A DNA stretch of 64,000 bases, from contig CAWIPW010000007.1 in the NCBI GenBank assembly GCA_963838005.1, forward strand, positions 54,691 to 118,690, given 5' to 3'. This document shows, in pieces, positions 41,552 to 50,737 of the stretch. How positions within the stretch are numbered: position 1 is the first letter of the stretch; the number at the start of each line of letters is the position of its first letter. Below the pieces are notes generated by a model. That model made no database searches and was not told the DNA's origin. It saw only the letters and a list, made by a program, of their open reading frames with translations. Origin of the DNA: an uncultured Actinomycetota bacterium (GTDB lineage Bacteria; Actinomycetota; Acidimicrobiia; Acidimicrobiales; RAAP-2). The translations under genes and the position numbers were made by a program.

Positions 41552-41893
41552 ATGGTCAACTACACTGTGACCATGCCGGCATGGAGCTTCCTCACGAACC
41601 ATGCCCGTGCGCTCGCCTGCATCGCCGACGATCCGGGCGTCCGTCTGCGCGACATCGCGTCCACGCTCGACATCACCGAACGCAGCGCGTACGGCATCGT
41701 GACCGACCTGGCCAACTCGGGCTACGTGGTCAAGGAGCGGGACGGTCGCCGCAACCGCTACAGCATCAGGACCGAGGCGCCGCTCAGAGAGGCGATGGGA
41801 AGGGAGCAGACCATCGGTGAGTTGCTCGACCTGCTGGTGGACACGGGAGCGCGTGACCGGACGGCGAAGAAGTTGAAGACGGCGAAGAAGTAG
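41552..41893 (+). CDS. winged-helix (ArsR/MarR-like) transcriptional regulator
   Basis: MPAWSFLTNHARALACIADDPGVRLRDIASTLDITERSAYGIVTDLANSGYVVKERDGRRNRY. The start is either ATG 41552 or ATG 41573. Divergent from the DoxX-ADH operon across an AT-richer spacer. Confidence 0.65.
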   Translation: MVNYTVTMPAWSFLTNHARALACIADDPGVRLRDIASTLDITERSAYGIVTDLANSGYVVKERDGRRNRYSIRTEAPLREAMGREQTIGELLDLLVDTGARDRTAKKLKTAKK

Positions 41894-41997
41894 CGGTAGC
41901 GGCCGTCCGGTGGGCGCGTGGCGTCATGTGGATGCCGAGCATCTCGCCGATGGCCGCAGTCCCGAGACGCAGTGAGACGTCTCAACCCACGAGCACC

Positions 41998-42732
41998 TCA
42001 CGCAGAAGACGTGGGTTCGACCTCTGGTTCCTCGCCGGTGTCGACCAGGTCCTGGGCCACCTCTCGAAGCTTGACGTTGAGATGCTGGGAGGCTCGACGC
42101 AGGATGTCGAACGCCTGGTCCGATGTGACGTGTTCGCGCTCCATCAGGATGCCCTCGGCCTGCCCGATCAGCTCCCTCGTGATCAGGGCCCGCCGAAGGT
42201 CGTTGGTCCGGCGATCCTCATCCTCGTGGGTGCGGGCACCGCCCAGGGCCAAGCCGGCGAGAGTGGCGAAGATCACTCCTTTGGCCCGATCGGTTGCACC
42301 GAAGGCACCTGGATAGCGTGCGTACAGATTCAGCGCACCCGGGGTGCCGTTCGCCACGAGGCTCAGCGCCAGTGCGCATCGCACCCCGGCAGCTGCCGAC
42401 TGAGGTCCGAATTCGCCCCAGCGGGGATCGTCGACCAGGTCCTCTGCATAAAAGGTGGTTCCCTGCGTGACCGCATCGAGGCAGGGACCTTCGCCGGTCT
42501 TCAATTGCAGGGCGTCTATCTCCGCCACCAGAGGATCGGTGTGGGCAGGCGTGGCTACCTGGGCATCGATCAGAGTGAAGATTCCGGCGAAGTCGCACCC
42601 ATCGATGGTGAGCACAGCGAGGTCGACGATGGCCTGCCAGGTGTCCCTCACACTTCCAGCCTCGAACAAGGAATGAGCGACTTCAGACAGACTCGCCGAG
42701 AGTTCGGTGGCGACACCGTCGGTAGTAGCCAT
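41998..42732 (-). CDS. GAF + ANTAR domain RNA-binding regulator
   Basis: MATTDGVATELSASLSEVAHSL..., GAF core TGEGPCLDAV...GALNLYA. ANTAR helix region RALITRELIGQAEGILMEREHVTSDQAFDILRRASQHLNVKLREVAQDLV. Intact 244 aa. Confidence 0.85.
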   Translation of the reverse strand: MATTDGVATELSASLSEVAHSLFEAGSVRDTWQAIVDLAVLTIDGCDFAGIFTLIDAQVATPAHTDPLVAEIDALQLKTGEGPCLDAVTQGTTFYAEDLVDDPRWGEFGPQSAAAGVRCALALSLVANGTPGALNLYARYPGAFGATDRAKGVIFATLAGLALGGARTHEDEDRRTNDLRRALITRELIGQAEGILMEREHVTSDQAFDILRRASQHLNVKLREVAQDLVDTGEEPEVEPTSSA

Positions 42733-43298
42733 GGCCGTTCGCGATTTTGACACACGACCGGGTCGCCTGCCTCGGCGTAGTGGTCGGCGGAGCACGCAGC
42801 CTCCGCCGGGGACGAGGGTGAAGCCACCGATCTGGCCGACGAAGTGGCCATCAGCAGCCCTTGGTCAACCCCTGCAATCGGACGAAGGCGGACGTCGAAA
42901 TGACGGTGTCGGTGATTTCCGATGCGGAGTGCAGCGGCGCGCCCCGTAGCTCCTCAGGCTACCCAAAAATGGCGTCTGACCAGGTCAATCGGGTCGGGCG
43001 GCGGGGTCTGGCGAGCCACGTCGAGCTCCGATGTCACCACATTCGCCTGGGGTGTCCCGGCGGTGTATCGTCCGATTGCCTTCTACAGCGAGGGCTCCGT
43101 GGGACCGGTCCGCCGTCCCCAGCGCATCCCTGGAGGCTCTGACCTCGTGTCGCGTTCCCCGCTGTCGATTGAAGCCCGTTGGCGCTGGTCGCATCCGGCC
43201 ACATCCCCCTCGTCCGAGGACCGCTGCGGCCCGGCCGTGAGTCGTCCAGGCGCCGGTCGCAGCACCGCCGTCATCCTTCCCAGCGACATCCCGTGTCG

Positions 43299-44447
43299 GT
43301 GCCTGAAGTGATCGACAACCCCGTGTCCGTCACCCCATTCGGGGTCAACATCACCTATGCAGACGCCGATGCGACGGTGGCAATTGTCGGCGAGGTCGAC
43401 CTGCGAACCTCCCATGAGCTCGGCAGAGTCATCGATGCCGTCATCGACCGTGGTCACCGGAAGGTGGTCGTGGACCTGTCCGCGTGCACGTTCCTCGATG
43501 CCTCCGGACTGGGGGTCATGGCCGCAGCGGCGGATCGGCTCAATCTCCTGACGCCGAACGTCGCGCTCACACTGCGTTCCCCATCAACCATGGTCCGCCG
43601 GATTCTGGAGGTCGCTGAATTGCACAAGGTCATCAACGTTGAAGAACGGCAGACTCCCGCCACTCATCTGGGACGAGCACAGTCCGGACAGGGCACGGCC
43701 GGAGGTGGCAGCGGCGAAACCGAGCCGGTGGACCGCCGCGTGAAAGAGATCGCGGCCATCCCCGCCGATCGCGACCTGGTGGACGCAGCCCTGCGGCTGG
43801 TAGTGGTACTGGCCCGGGCCGCCGTACACGGCGCCGACGGGGTCAGCATCTCCCTCAGCAGGCACGGACGGTTGACGACGGTTGCAGCCACCGACCAGAC
43901 CATCTTGGACATGGATACCCACCAGTACGCCACCGGCCAGGGTCCTTGCGTAGACGCTTCGATGGAAGGTCGTTGGTTTCACGTTGCGTCCCTTGCTGAC
44001 GAGATCCGATGGCCGGCATTCGTCCCCAAGGCCCATGCGCTCGGGATAAATGCCATTCTCTCCAACCCGCTGTTGGTCGATACGCGGTCTGTCGGTGCGC
44101 TGAACATCTACTCCACTACGCCCGCCGCATTCGAAGTCGACGACGAGAAGCTGGCGTCCGTCTTTGCCTCCGAAGCGTCGACCATCCTCGCCGAGTCAGG
44201 GGCACACGTGACCGACGAACAGCTGGCCGGTCGGTTGGTCGATGCCCTGCGTGCCAGAGAGGTCATTGCCCAGGCCCAGGGCATTCTCATGCAACGTGAC
44301 AGTTTCACCGCTGCAGAGGCCTACTCCTTCCTCCTCGAATACTCCCGTCGGTCGAACCGGCCGATCCGGGAACTGGCCAGTGAGACCGTGAACTGCATGT
44401 TCGTGCCGCACCGTCGCAGTACCGATTCGACGATGCACGGTGGCTGA
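43299..44447 (+). CDS. STAS (anti-sigma antagonist-like) + GAF + ANTAR fusion protein
   Basis: STAS: TVAIVGEVDLRTSHELGRVIDAVIDRGHRKVVVDLSACTFLDASGLGVMAAAADRL. GAF: ...ATGQGPCVDAS...GALNIYS. ANTAR: ALRAREVIAQAQGILMQRDSFTAAEAYSFLLEYSRRSNRPIRELASETV. GTG start at 43299 or 43308. Confidence 0.82.
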   Translation: MPEVIDNPVSVTPFGVNITYADADATVAIVGEVDLRTSHELGRVIDAVIDRGHRKVVVDLSACTFLDASGLGVMAAAADRLNLLTPNVALTLRSPSTMVRRILEVAELHKVINVEERQTPATHLGRAQSGQGTAGGGSGETEPVDRRVKEIAAIPADRDLVDAALRLVVVLARAAVHGADGVSISLSRHGRLTTVAATDQTILDMDTHQYATGQGPCVDASMEGRWFHVASLADEIRWPAFVPKAHALGINAILSNPLLVDTRSVGALNIYSTTPAAFEVDDEKLASVFASEASTILAESGAHVTDEQLAGRLVDALRAREVIAQAQGILMQRDSFTAAEAYSFLLEYSRRSNRPIRELASETVNCMFVPHRRSTDSTMHGG

Positions 44448-44691
44448 CCCTCCAGCCACCGGTCTGGAGCTGGCGCGCATCAACGCGGGGCTCAGCCACG
44501 GCGAGCTCTTTCTGCGCTACTTCGAGCTCGGTGGGATGAGCAGCGCGCTCCAGGTGGAGGCGTTCCTCTATGAGGCCCTCGAGCCGAGCCGCCACGACCA
44601 TGACATCGTTGCCCACGCACTCAACGAGCGCTTCGTGGAGTTGGGGAACAACCATCCCGTCCCCTACCGGGCCGATGAATGCGACTCATGA
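44440..44691 (+). CDS. small conserved-looking hypothetical protein (83 aa), translationally coupled to the STAS-GAF-ANTAR gene
   Basis: The ATG overlaps the upstream stop by 8 nt. Sequence MADPPATGLELARINAGLSHGELFLRYFELGGMSSALQVEAFLYEALEPSRHDHDIVAHALNERF.... Confidence 0.55.
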   Translation: MADPPATGLELARINAGLSHGELFLRYFELGGMSSALQVEAFLYEALEPSRHDHDIVAHALNERFVELGNNHPVPYRADECDS

Positions 44692-44887
44692 GCCCGGCGC
44701 AATTTGATCCCCATGTTGGACGAGATCCTCGTCACAAAAGGAACGGGGATCATCCGCGAGCTCGGCTTCGCCGCACCACGAAGGTGGACCGGCCCCAGCT
44801 CCCCGCAACCTGATTCGACGATTAGGCTGACGGAGGACCCGCTGACGTCGGTGCCATGTTGCTGCTGCATGCGAAACGGGGAATGCC

Positions 44888-45658
44888 GTGACCTACTGCC
44901 TGGCCTTGCGGCTCCACGAGGGACTGGTTTTTCTGGCCGACACCCGCACCAACGCCGGCGTCGACAACATCAGCTCCTACCGGAAGCTGCACCTCCTCCA
45001 ACCCACCCCCGACCGGGTCTTCGTGATCGAGTCCGCCGGGAGCCTCGCCACCACCCAGGAGGTGCTCGACCGGATCACGCGGGACCTCGGAGGCGGCAGC
45101 GACGAGAGCTTGGCCACCGTCAACCACCTCTTCGAAGCGGCCCTGTACCTGGGGCGCCTGAGCCGCGACGTGGCCGAGGAACACCGTGAGGCCCTGGCCA
45201 AGGCGGGTGCCGACGGGACGGCCACGTTCATACTCGGAGGCCAGGTCGGCAACGATTCCCCCGACATCCTGCTGGTGTACCCCGAAGGGAACTACATCCG
45301 GGCCTCCGACGAACGCCCATTCCTTCAGATCGGGGAGAGCAAGTACGGCAAATTCATGCTGGAGATGGCCGTCCAGGCCAAGGTCGACATCGACACGGCG
45401 ACCTCGATCGCGCTCGGCTCGATGATGAGCACCACCCGGGCCAACCTCTCGGTCGGGCCGCCCTACGACGGCTGTGTGTACCTCAACGACTCGTTCGCCC
45501 CGACCGAGTTCCGCATGGAGAGTGACTCCCCCCTGCTCGGGGAACTGCGAGAGGCCTGGGAGCGGCAGATGCTGGCGGCCGTGCACGAGATCCAGCGGAT
45601 CTCATGGGAGAACCCGACCATCGACATCCCGATCATCGGCCAAGATCGGACGCGGTAG
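44888..45658 (+). CDS. Anbu (ancestral beta-subunit) proteasome-type Ntn peptidase
   Basis: MTYCLALRLHEGLVFLADTRTNAGVDNISSYRKLHLL... has Thr directly after the initiator Met and the TRTNAG motif typical of Anbu. 256 aa, intact. Confidence 0.8.
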   Translation: MTYCLALRLHEGLVFLADTRTNAGVDNISSYRKLHLLQPTPDRVFVIESAGSLATTQEVLDRITRDLGGGSDESLATVNHLFEAALYLGRLSRDVAEEHREALAKAGADGTATFILGGQVGNDSPDILLVYPEGNYIRASDERPFLQIGESKYGKFMLEMAVQAKVDIDTATSIALGSMMSTTRANLSVGPPYDGCVYLNDSFAPTEFRMESDSPLLGELREAWERQMLAAVHEIQRISWENPTIDIPIIGQDRTR

Positions 45659-46670
45659 CAGGAGCGACCTCCACCGGCTTGGACGCGAAGATGTTGAGGC
45701 CGAGCTTCTCGGAGACGTATCTGGTCGCCCGTTGACCCCGGACACTGTTGCCGGCCTCGTCGAGTGGCGGTGAGAACATCCCCAGGCCTCCCTTGCCGGG
45801 GGAGATGGTCACGATCCCCCCGCTGACGCCGCTCTTGCCGGGGAGTCCGACTTGGAACAGCCAGTCACCGGAGTGCTCGTACAGGCCGGCGGTGGCCATG
45901 ACGGCGAGGACGTGCTTGCAGTGGAACGCCTCGATGACCTGTTGGCCGGTCTTGGGGTTCACGCCCCCGCAGCCGAGCGTGGCCCCCATCACTGCCAGGT
46001 CGTCGGCGTTCACCAGCAGTGAGCACTGGCGGGTGTACAGGTCGGTGGTCTCATCGGGATCGGCGTACAGCCGGCCGTAGCTCTCGAGCAGGTGGGCGAT
46101 GCCCTGGTTCCGCAGGTTGGTGTCGGACTCGGATGCGTAGACCTCCGGGTCGAGCGCGAGCGGCCGCCCGGCGAAACGCGACAGCCCCTCCCTGATGAAC
46201 TCCCACCTGTCCTCGATGGTGGCCCCGGGCACCAGGCTGGTGGTGGCCATGGCACCGGCATTGACCATCGGGTTCATGGTGCGCTCGTCGTTCAACTCGA
46301 TGGCCATCACCGAATTGAAGGCCAATCCGGTGGCGTTGACCCCGAGCAGCCGGTGGGCCTCCTCGTGGCCCAGGCTCTCGCACACGAGGGCGAACACGAA
46401 CGCCTTCGAGATGCTCTGGAGGGAGAAGCAGTATTCGGCATCCCCGACCGAGAAGCCTCGACCTCCCACCCCGAAGACGCTGATGGCGAAGAGCGACGGA
46501 TCGGCGTTGGCCAGCGCCGGGATGTAGTCGGCGACGGCTCCCTCGTCCAGGGACCGGTACCGCTCGTGGACCTCGGTGAGGAGCGACGCGACGACCTCCG
46601 GGTCGGGGAGCGCACCGGTGGACACGGCCGAGGTCGTCGTTGTCTCGTGGAACGGCAGCGGGATGTGCAC
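45633..46670 (-). CDS. glsA: glutaminase A
   Basis: ...DYIPALANADPSLFAISVFGVGGRGFSVGDAEYCFSLQSISKAF..., C-terminal GLPGKSGVSGGIV. GTG start at 46670 (alternative 46625). The rest of track ORF 45633..47498 is antisense to the GH5 gene. Confidence 0.9.
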   Translation of the reverse strand: MHIPLPFHETTTTSAVSTGALPDPEVVASLLTEVHERYRSLDEGAVADYIPALANADPSLFAISVFGVGGRGFSVGDAEYCFSLQSISKAFVFALVCESLGHEEAHRLLGVNATGLAFNSVMAIELNDERTMNPMVNAGAMATTSLVPGATIEDRWEFIREGLSRFAGRPLALDPEVYASESDTNLRNQGIAHLLESYGRLYADPDETTDLYTRQCSLLVNADDLAVMGATLGCGGVNPKTGQQVIEAFHCKHVLAVMATAGLYEHSGDWLFQVGLPGKSGVSGGIVTISPGKGGLGMFSPPLDEAGNSVRGQRATRYVSEKLGLNIFASKPVEVAPATASDLGR

Positions 46671-46919
46671 GGCTTCGATCCTTCCCTCGCTCGGACGGAC
46701 CCGAAGGTTATGCCGTCCGTCGACCCCGGCCCTCACGACGATCCACCTCGGCTGGTGCGGCGCGGCGAAGCCGAACGACCGGGACGGCCACGAGAAGTTC
46801 GCGCAACATTCGCGATTCTGCCAGGTCCCGTGTAACCGAAGGCGGGTACCTGTGGCAACTACGAGCGTGTGCTCACGAAAGGAGCAGGTCCCACGATTCC
46901 TCCCGAAAGACTTCGCCAC

Positions 46920-48113
46920 ATGACGCGGCAACCATCCGATCGACGTCGCCAGCGGCCCTTGGCGCGACGAGTGGTCGCCGTCTTCCTCGTGGTGGCGGGT
47001 GCGCTTGCCATCATCCCCGGCAATTTCGCCGCCTCCGTCGCCGGCGCCGCCGCCACCAACATCATCCAGACCTCCGGCAGTCAGCTCATCCTGAACGGCT
47101 CCGTCTACCAGTTCGTCGGCGTCAATGCCTATGAGATCGCCACCGACTGGGGGACGAACGCCGGATGCGGGCAGATGGAGACGGACGGACAGCTCGATCA
47201 GCTCTTCGCCTCCCTCCCTCCCAACTCGCTCGTGAGGTTCTGGGCCTTTCAAGGAGGGCTGGCGACCGACATCAACACCGGTCACCTCGACTGGGCGCCG
47301 ATCGACCGGGTCTTCGCGGCGGCTGCCGCCTACCACCAGCGGCTCATCCCGGTGGTCACCGACCAGGGCGGAGTCTGCGACGGGGGTCACTGGCAGGATC
47401 CGTCCTGGTACGAAGGTGGGTTCAAGCAGGTCTTCAACGCGCCCTCGGACAGCGACGGAACGGGACACTCTCCCCTGTCGTACTGGACGTACCTGCAAGA
47501 GCTCGTCAACCGCTACAAGGACTCACCGGCGCTGGGCATGTGGGAGCCGATCTCCGAGGCCGAGGCATCCACCTGTCCCCTGCAGTACGAGCCCACCGAC
47601 TGCAGTGGCCACCAGACCTGTCCCGAGGAGTCCGAGGCGGCGTGGGCGCTCCGGTATTTCTTCAACGCGGTGGGGAGCGAGATCCACGCGCTCGATCCCA
47701 ACCACCTGGTCGAGAGCGGTCTTCTCGGTGGCGGGCAGTGCGGCATCGCCAACAGCGACTACCAGTACGTGTCGGCCAGTCCCGGCATCGATGTCCTCTC
47801 CTACCACGACTATTACGGGCCATCGCCCTATGGCAGTTCCAACTGGGGTGCCATCGACGACCGGATCTCTGAGGCGCTCACCCTCGACAAACCGATCATC
47901 GCAGGCGAGGTGGGGATATCGGCCGGACCGGTTCGGGGCTGCGTGAGCGCCGCCACTCGGAACACCGACATCCTCCAGAAGGAGCAGGCCCTGCTCACGG
48001 CGGGCGGCAGTGGGTCCCTCGTCTGGGACTGGGTGCCATCCGGTGCCACCGGTTGCAGCCTGGACGTCGAACCCACCGATCCGCTGCTGCAGGCCGGCGG
48101 CGCCATCAGCTGA
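46920..48113 (+). CDS. secreted glycoside hydrolase, GH5 (mannanase/cellulase-like)
   Basis: Signal RRVVAVFLVVAGALAIIPGNFAASVAG. ...LNGSVYQFVGVNAYE..., acid/base region GMWEPISEAE, nucleophile region KPIIAGEVG. Intact. Confidence 0.6.
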   Translation: MTRQPSDRRRQRPLARRVVAVFLVVAGALAIIPGNFAASVAGAAATNIIQTSGSQLILNGSVYQFVGVNAYEIATDWGTNAGCGQMETDGQLDQLFASLPPNSLVRFWAFQGGLATDINTGHLDWAPIDRVFAAAAAYHQRLIPVVTDQGGVCDGGHWQDPSWYEGGFKQVFNAPSDSDGTGHSPLSYWTYLQELVNRYKDSPALGMWEPISEAEASTCPLQYEPTDCSGHQTCPEESEAAWALRYFFNAVGSEIHALDPNHLVESGLLGGGQCGIANSDYQYVSASPGIDVLSYHDYYGPSPYGSSNWGAIDDRISEALTLDKPIIAGEVGISAGPVRGCVSAATRNTDILQKEQALLTAGGSGSLVWDWVPSGATGCSLDVEPTDPLLQAGGAIS

Positions 48114-48237
48114 CCGCCGACACTACGTCGCGCCCACACCGGGAGCGGGAATCGGGGGGCCGTGTTCTTCGCATCGCGCACCACGCGCCCACCGGATGCG
48201 GGACATCGCGCCCCACCGTGGCGGTTGCTGGGACCCA

Positions 48238-50025
48238 TCAGTAGTTCTGGTTCGAGTACCCGATCACCTGGTACAGCTTGAACCCGTTGCAGAAACCCCC
48301 GGTCGGAAAATTGAAGGTGTGGATCAGCCTGGCCCAGGAGACCGACGCGATGTTGGGATAGAGCGCCAGGAGTGCATCACTGTCCTGGGCGGAACCGACC
48401 AGAAGATAGTGGGAATGAAAGATGAGGGGATCGTTCGAGACCGCCTCGAAGTCCCGGTCGTTGTGGATCACGAAGATCCGGGGGTTGCTGACGGTGGTGT
48501 CGACGTAGGGGATGCAGCTGTTGGCGTTGTCGACGACGACGTCCCCGTTCGGGAAGTGCTGATCGTCGAGATACCGCGACATCGACGCCACCTGCGCGTA
48601 CTCGTACTTCGCCTGGTAGGTGTTCTGGTTGAGAGGATGGCTCGGGAAGAAGAAGAAGCCGGTGTATTCCACGACATCGGGGGCAATGTTGTAGTTGGTC
48701 ATGGCCATGACCGTGCCCGGGAACGACGCCCCGAGGAGCACCACTGCGACCACGCACGCGGCGAAACTTCCGGCGACCTTGAGGACGGCCGGATGTTTTC
48801 TCCGTGCCCGGGCACCGGCCCGATCGTCGACCCTCTCCGGGAGTTTCAGCCGAACAGGGGCGGCGAAGAGGCTTCCGACCAGCAGCACCTCGATGGGTGC
48901 AACCAGGATGTAGTAGCGGTACCAGGGGAAGATGGCGTTGACGGCGTAGGACGCCATGGTGAAGCCGAGGCCGCCCCCGAGGATCGCGATGACGGCCGCA
49001 AGTCCGATGTTCCTCCTGATCACGGCAACGGCGATGGCGATGACGACGATCGCGACCAGCAGCGGAGCCATGTAGGTGATGGCCTTCACCTCGTGCACCA
49101 GCCGCTCGTGCATCGTCGTCGGCAACTGCTGGGATTTGGCGAGCAGCGTGGAGTTGCCGTACTTGGACGTGAACTGCTGGAAGGGAGCGCCGGTGATGAC
49201 GTAGCTCACCGTCGCCCAACCCACGAACGCCGTGACGATGGGGAGGACGAGGAGGGTGACATCGGTGAGGCCCGCCCAGATGCGAACCCGGCGGGTGCCC
49301 GAAGACCGTGTGAAGGTCACCAGAAGGACGATGGGCACGGCCAACGCCGCCGCCGCGATGGGTTCGGTCCGTTCGAGGTAACCGAATCCAAGGGCGAAGG
49401 CGGCATACACCAGGGACTTCAGATCGCTCCTCTGCAGCCACCGATTGAGATACCGGGTCGCCGACAGCATGCAGAAGAGGTAGAGCGCCTCACTCATCCC
49501 GTTGCCACCGAAGTACAGCACCATCGGATTGAGCGCGAAGAAGGCGGTGAGGATCAGACGGGGAGCAGCGCTGACACGCCAATCCCTCAGGAGGGCCCAC
49601 AGTTGATAGCTGGCGCCGGCCATGGCGAGTGCGGACATGAGTGTGCCGGCGACGTTGTGGGACGCGAGCACCGGGAACCAGCTGTTGAATGCCAGCAGCG
49701 GAAGGTCAGCGACGCTCGAGAGCGGGTTCCAGACGAACCCCACGGCCGCCAGGTGCGGATCCCTCGAGTGGAGCACATAGAAGCCATTCGCCATCCGGGC
49801 GACGGCGTCGCCCTCGAACGAGTGGTACTTGAAGTCGAGGAGCATGGCCACGATGAAGTAGGCGACGAACGAGACGCCGGTGACAGCCAACGCTTCGGCG
49901 CGCCCAGATACCCGACTCCGGCCCGTTGGCGGTGTGCGCACCGGCTCGGGTCTCGGCACCGCCACCGGGCGCGCCGGCTGTGAGACCGGAGGATCGCTGG
50001 TGAGGGTCATCGCGGGTTCGGCCAC
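48238..50025 (-). CDS. GT-C type polytopic glycosyltransferase (ArnT/PMT, GT39-like)
   Basis: Intact 595-aa ORF with many TM helices. First loop YHSFEGDAVARMANGFYVL (acidic motif as in GT-C enzymes). Soluble C-terminal domain. Confidence 0.6.
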   Translation of the reverse strand: MAEPAMTLTSDPPVSQPARPVAVPRPEPVRTPPTGRSRVSGRAEALAVTGVSFVAYFIVAMLLDFKYHSFEGDAVARMANGFYVLHSRDPHLAAVGFVWNPLSSVADLPLLAFNSWFPVLASHNVAGTLMSALAMAGASYQLWALLRDWRVSAAPRLILTAFFALNPMVLYFGGNGMSEALYLFCMLSATRYLNRWLQRSDLKSLVYAAFALGFGYLERTEPIAAAALAVPIVLLVTFTRSSGTRRVRIWAGLTDVTLLVLPIVTAFVGWATVSYVITGAPFQQFTSKYGNSTLLAKSQQLPTTMHERLVHEVKAITYMAPLLVAIVVIAIAVAVIRRNIGLAAVIAILGGGLGFTMASYAVNAIFPWYRYYILVAPIEVLLVGSLFAAPVRLKLPERVDDRAGARARRKHPAVLKVAGSFAACVVAVVLLGASFPGTVMAMTNYNIAPDVVEYTGFFFFPSHPLNQNTYQAKYEYAQVASMSRYLDDQHFPNGDVVVDNANSCIPYVDTTVSNPRIFVIHNDRDFEAVSNDPLIFHSHYLLVGSAQDSDALLALYPNIASVSWARLIHTFNFPTGGFCNGFKLYQVIGYSNQNY

Positions 50026-50136
50026 GTGGACACGGCCTGCAAGGTACAGGTCCCGTTGCGCGGCGTACCAGCGGATCCAAAATGTTCACCTGGAGTTCAA
50101 GCCGGCGTTACCCGGCGTCGATATCGTTCGCCTCTC

Positions 50137-50535
50137 GTGCGCCCGACCCAGACATCCGAAGCCAAGACCAGTGCGGCCCAGGTCGTCGCGGCGAGGTACC
50201 GGGAGATCCTCCCGACGGAGGTCTCGGTGACCACGGCAGGACCGATCGTGCGCGTCCGGGCCGGAACCCAGGGCTGGACCTTCTTCGGTGGCTTCCTGCT
50301 CCACGTCCCCGTCCTCGCACCCAGCTTCCGGCTGCAGCAGTTCGCCCGGTACGCCTTCGCCCCCCTGCCGAGCCAGGTCGCCAACGCCGGAGTGGACTGG
50401 CGGGTTTCGACGGGTCTGAAATGTCACGTTCTCGTCACACGGAGCGACGTGAAGGTCTGGTTCGGGCACAGCACGATCCAGGACGAGGCGGTGCTCTCCG
50501 TACGGCCCATCGCCAGGTCCGAGCTCGGCTGCTGA
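50137..50535 (+). CDS. hypothetical protein (~132 aa)
   Basis: Strong GC3 bias in this frame. VVAARYREILPTEVSVTTAGPIVRVRAGTQGWTFFGGFLLHVPVL...VKVWFGHSTIQDEAVLSVRPI. No family recognised. Start uncertain (GTG 50137; the track ORF starts at 50026). Confidence 0.4.
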   Translation: MRPTQTSEAKTSAAQVVAARYREILPTEVSVTTAGPIVRVRAGTQGWTFFGGFLLHVPVLAPSFRLQQFARYAFAPLPSQVANAGVDWRVSTGLKCHVLVTRSDVKVWFGHSTIQDEAVLSVRPIARSELGC

Positions 50536-50597
50536 CCGGGACGGCCGGCCACGGGACCGACAGCTCCCCAGGACGGGCTTCCCCGCGAACTCCCTGG

Positions 50598-50729
50598 TCA
50601 GCCCCTACCGGCGACCATCGTGGCGTCGTCCGGATAGTGCAGGAATTCGATGAGATTGCCGTCCGGGTCGCGGACGTAGATGCTCGACCCGGTGGCCCGA
50701 ATACCGGCCCTGACAGCGCCGTCGGCCAC
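50598..50729 (-). pseudogene. C-terminal remnant of a glyoxalase/VOC family protein
   Basis: VADGAVRAGIRATGSSIYVRDPDGNLIEFLHYPDDATMVAGRG is the last beta-alpha-beta unit of a VOC fold. A stop lies immediately upstream and the N-terminal ~80 aa are missing. Confidence 0.55.
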
Positions 50730-50737
50730 AGTGCATC

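Noticed and set aside
42733-43298. Cys-containing 93-aa ORF (42861..43142) in the ANTAR intergenic region as a possible peptide gene
   Set aside because: It has no clear RBS, mixed codon bias, and no recognisable family or leader/core organisation. I treat it as non-coding leader DNA.
46671-47498. N-terminal 276-codon extension of the glutaminase ORF
   Set aside because: The extension is antisense to the GH5 gene and non-protein-like. Glutaminase homology begins at the GTG at 46670.
48010-49983. 657-aa plus-strand ORF
   Set aside because: It is antisense to the intact GT-C membrane-protein gene. It has Asp/Gly/Arg/His-rich low-complexity composition and no domains.
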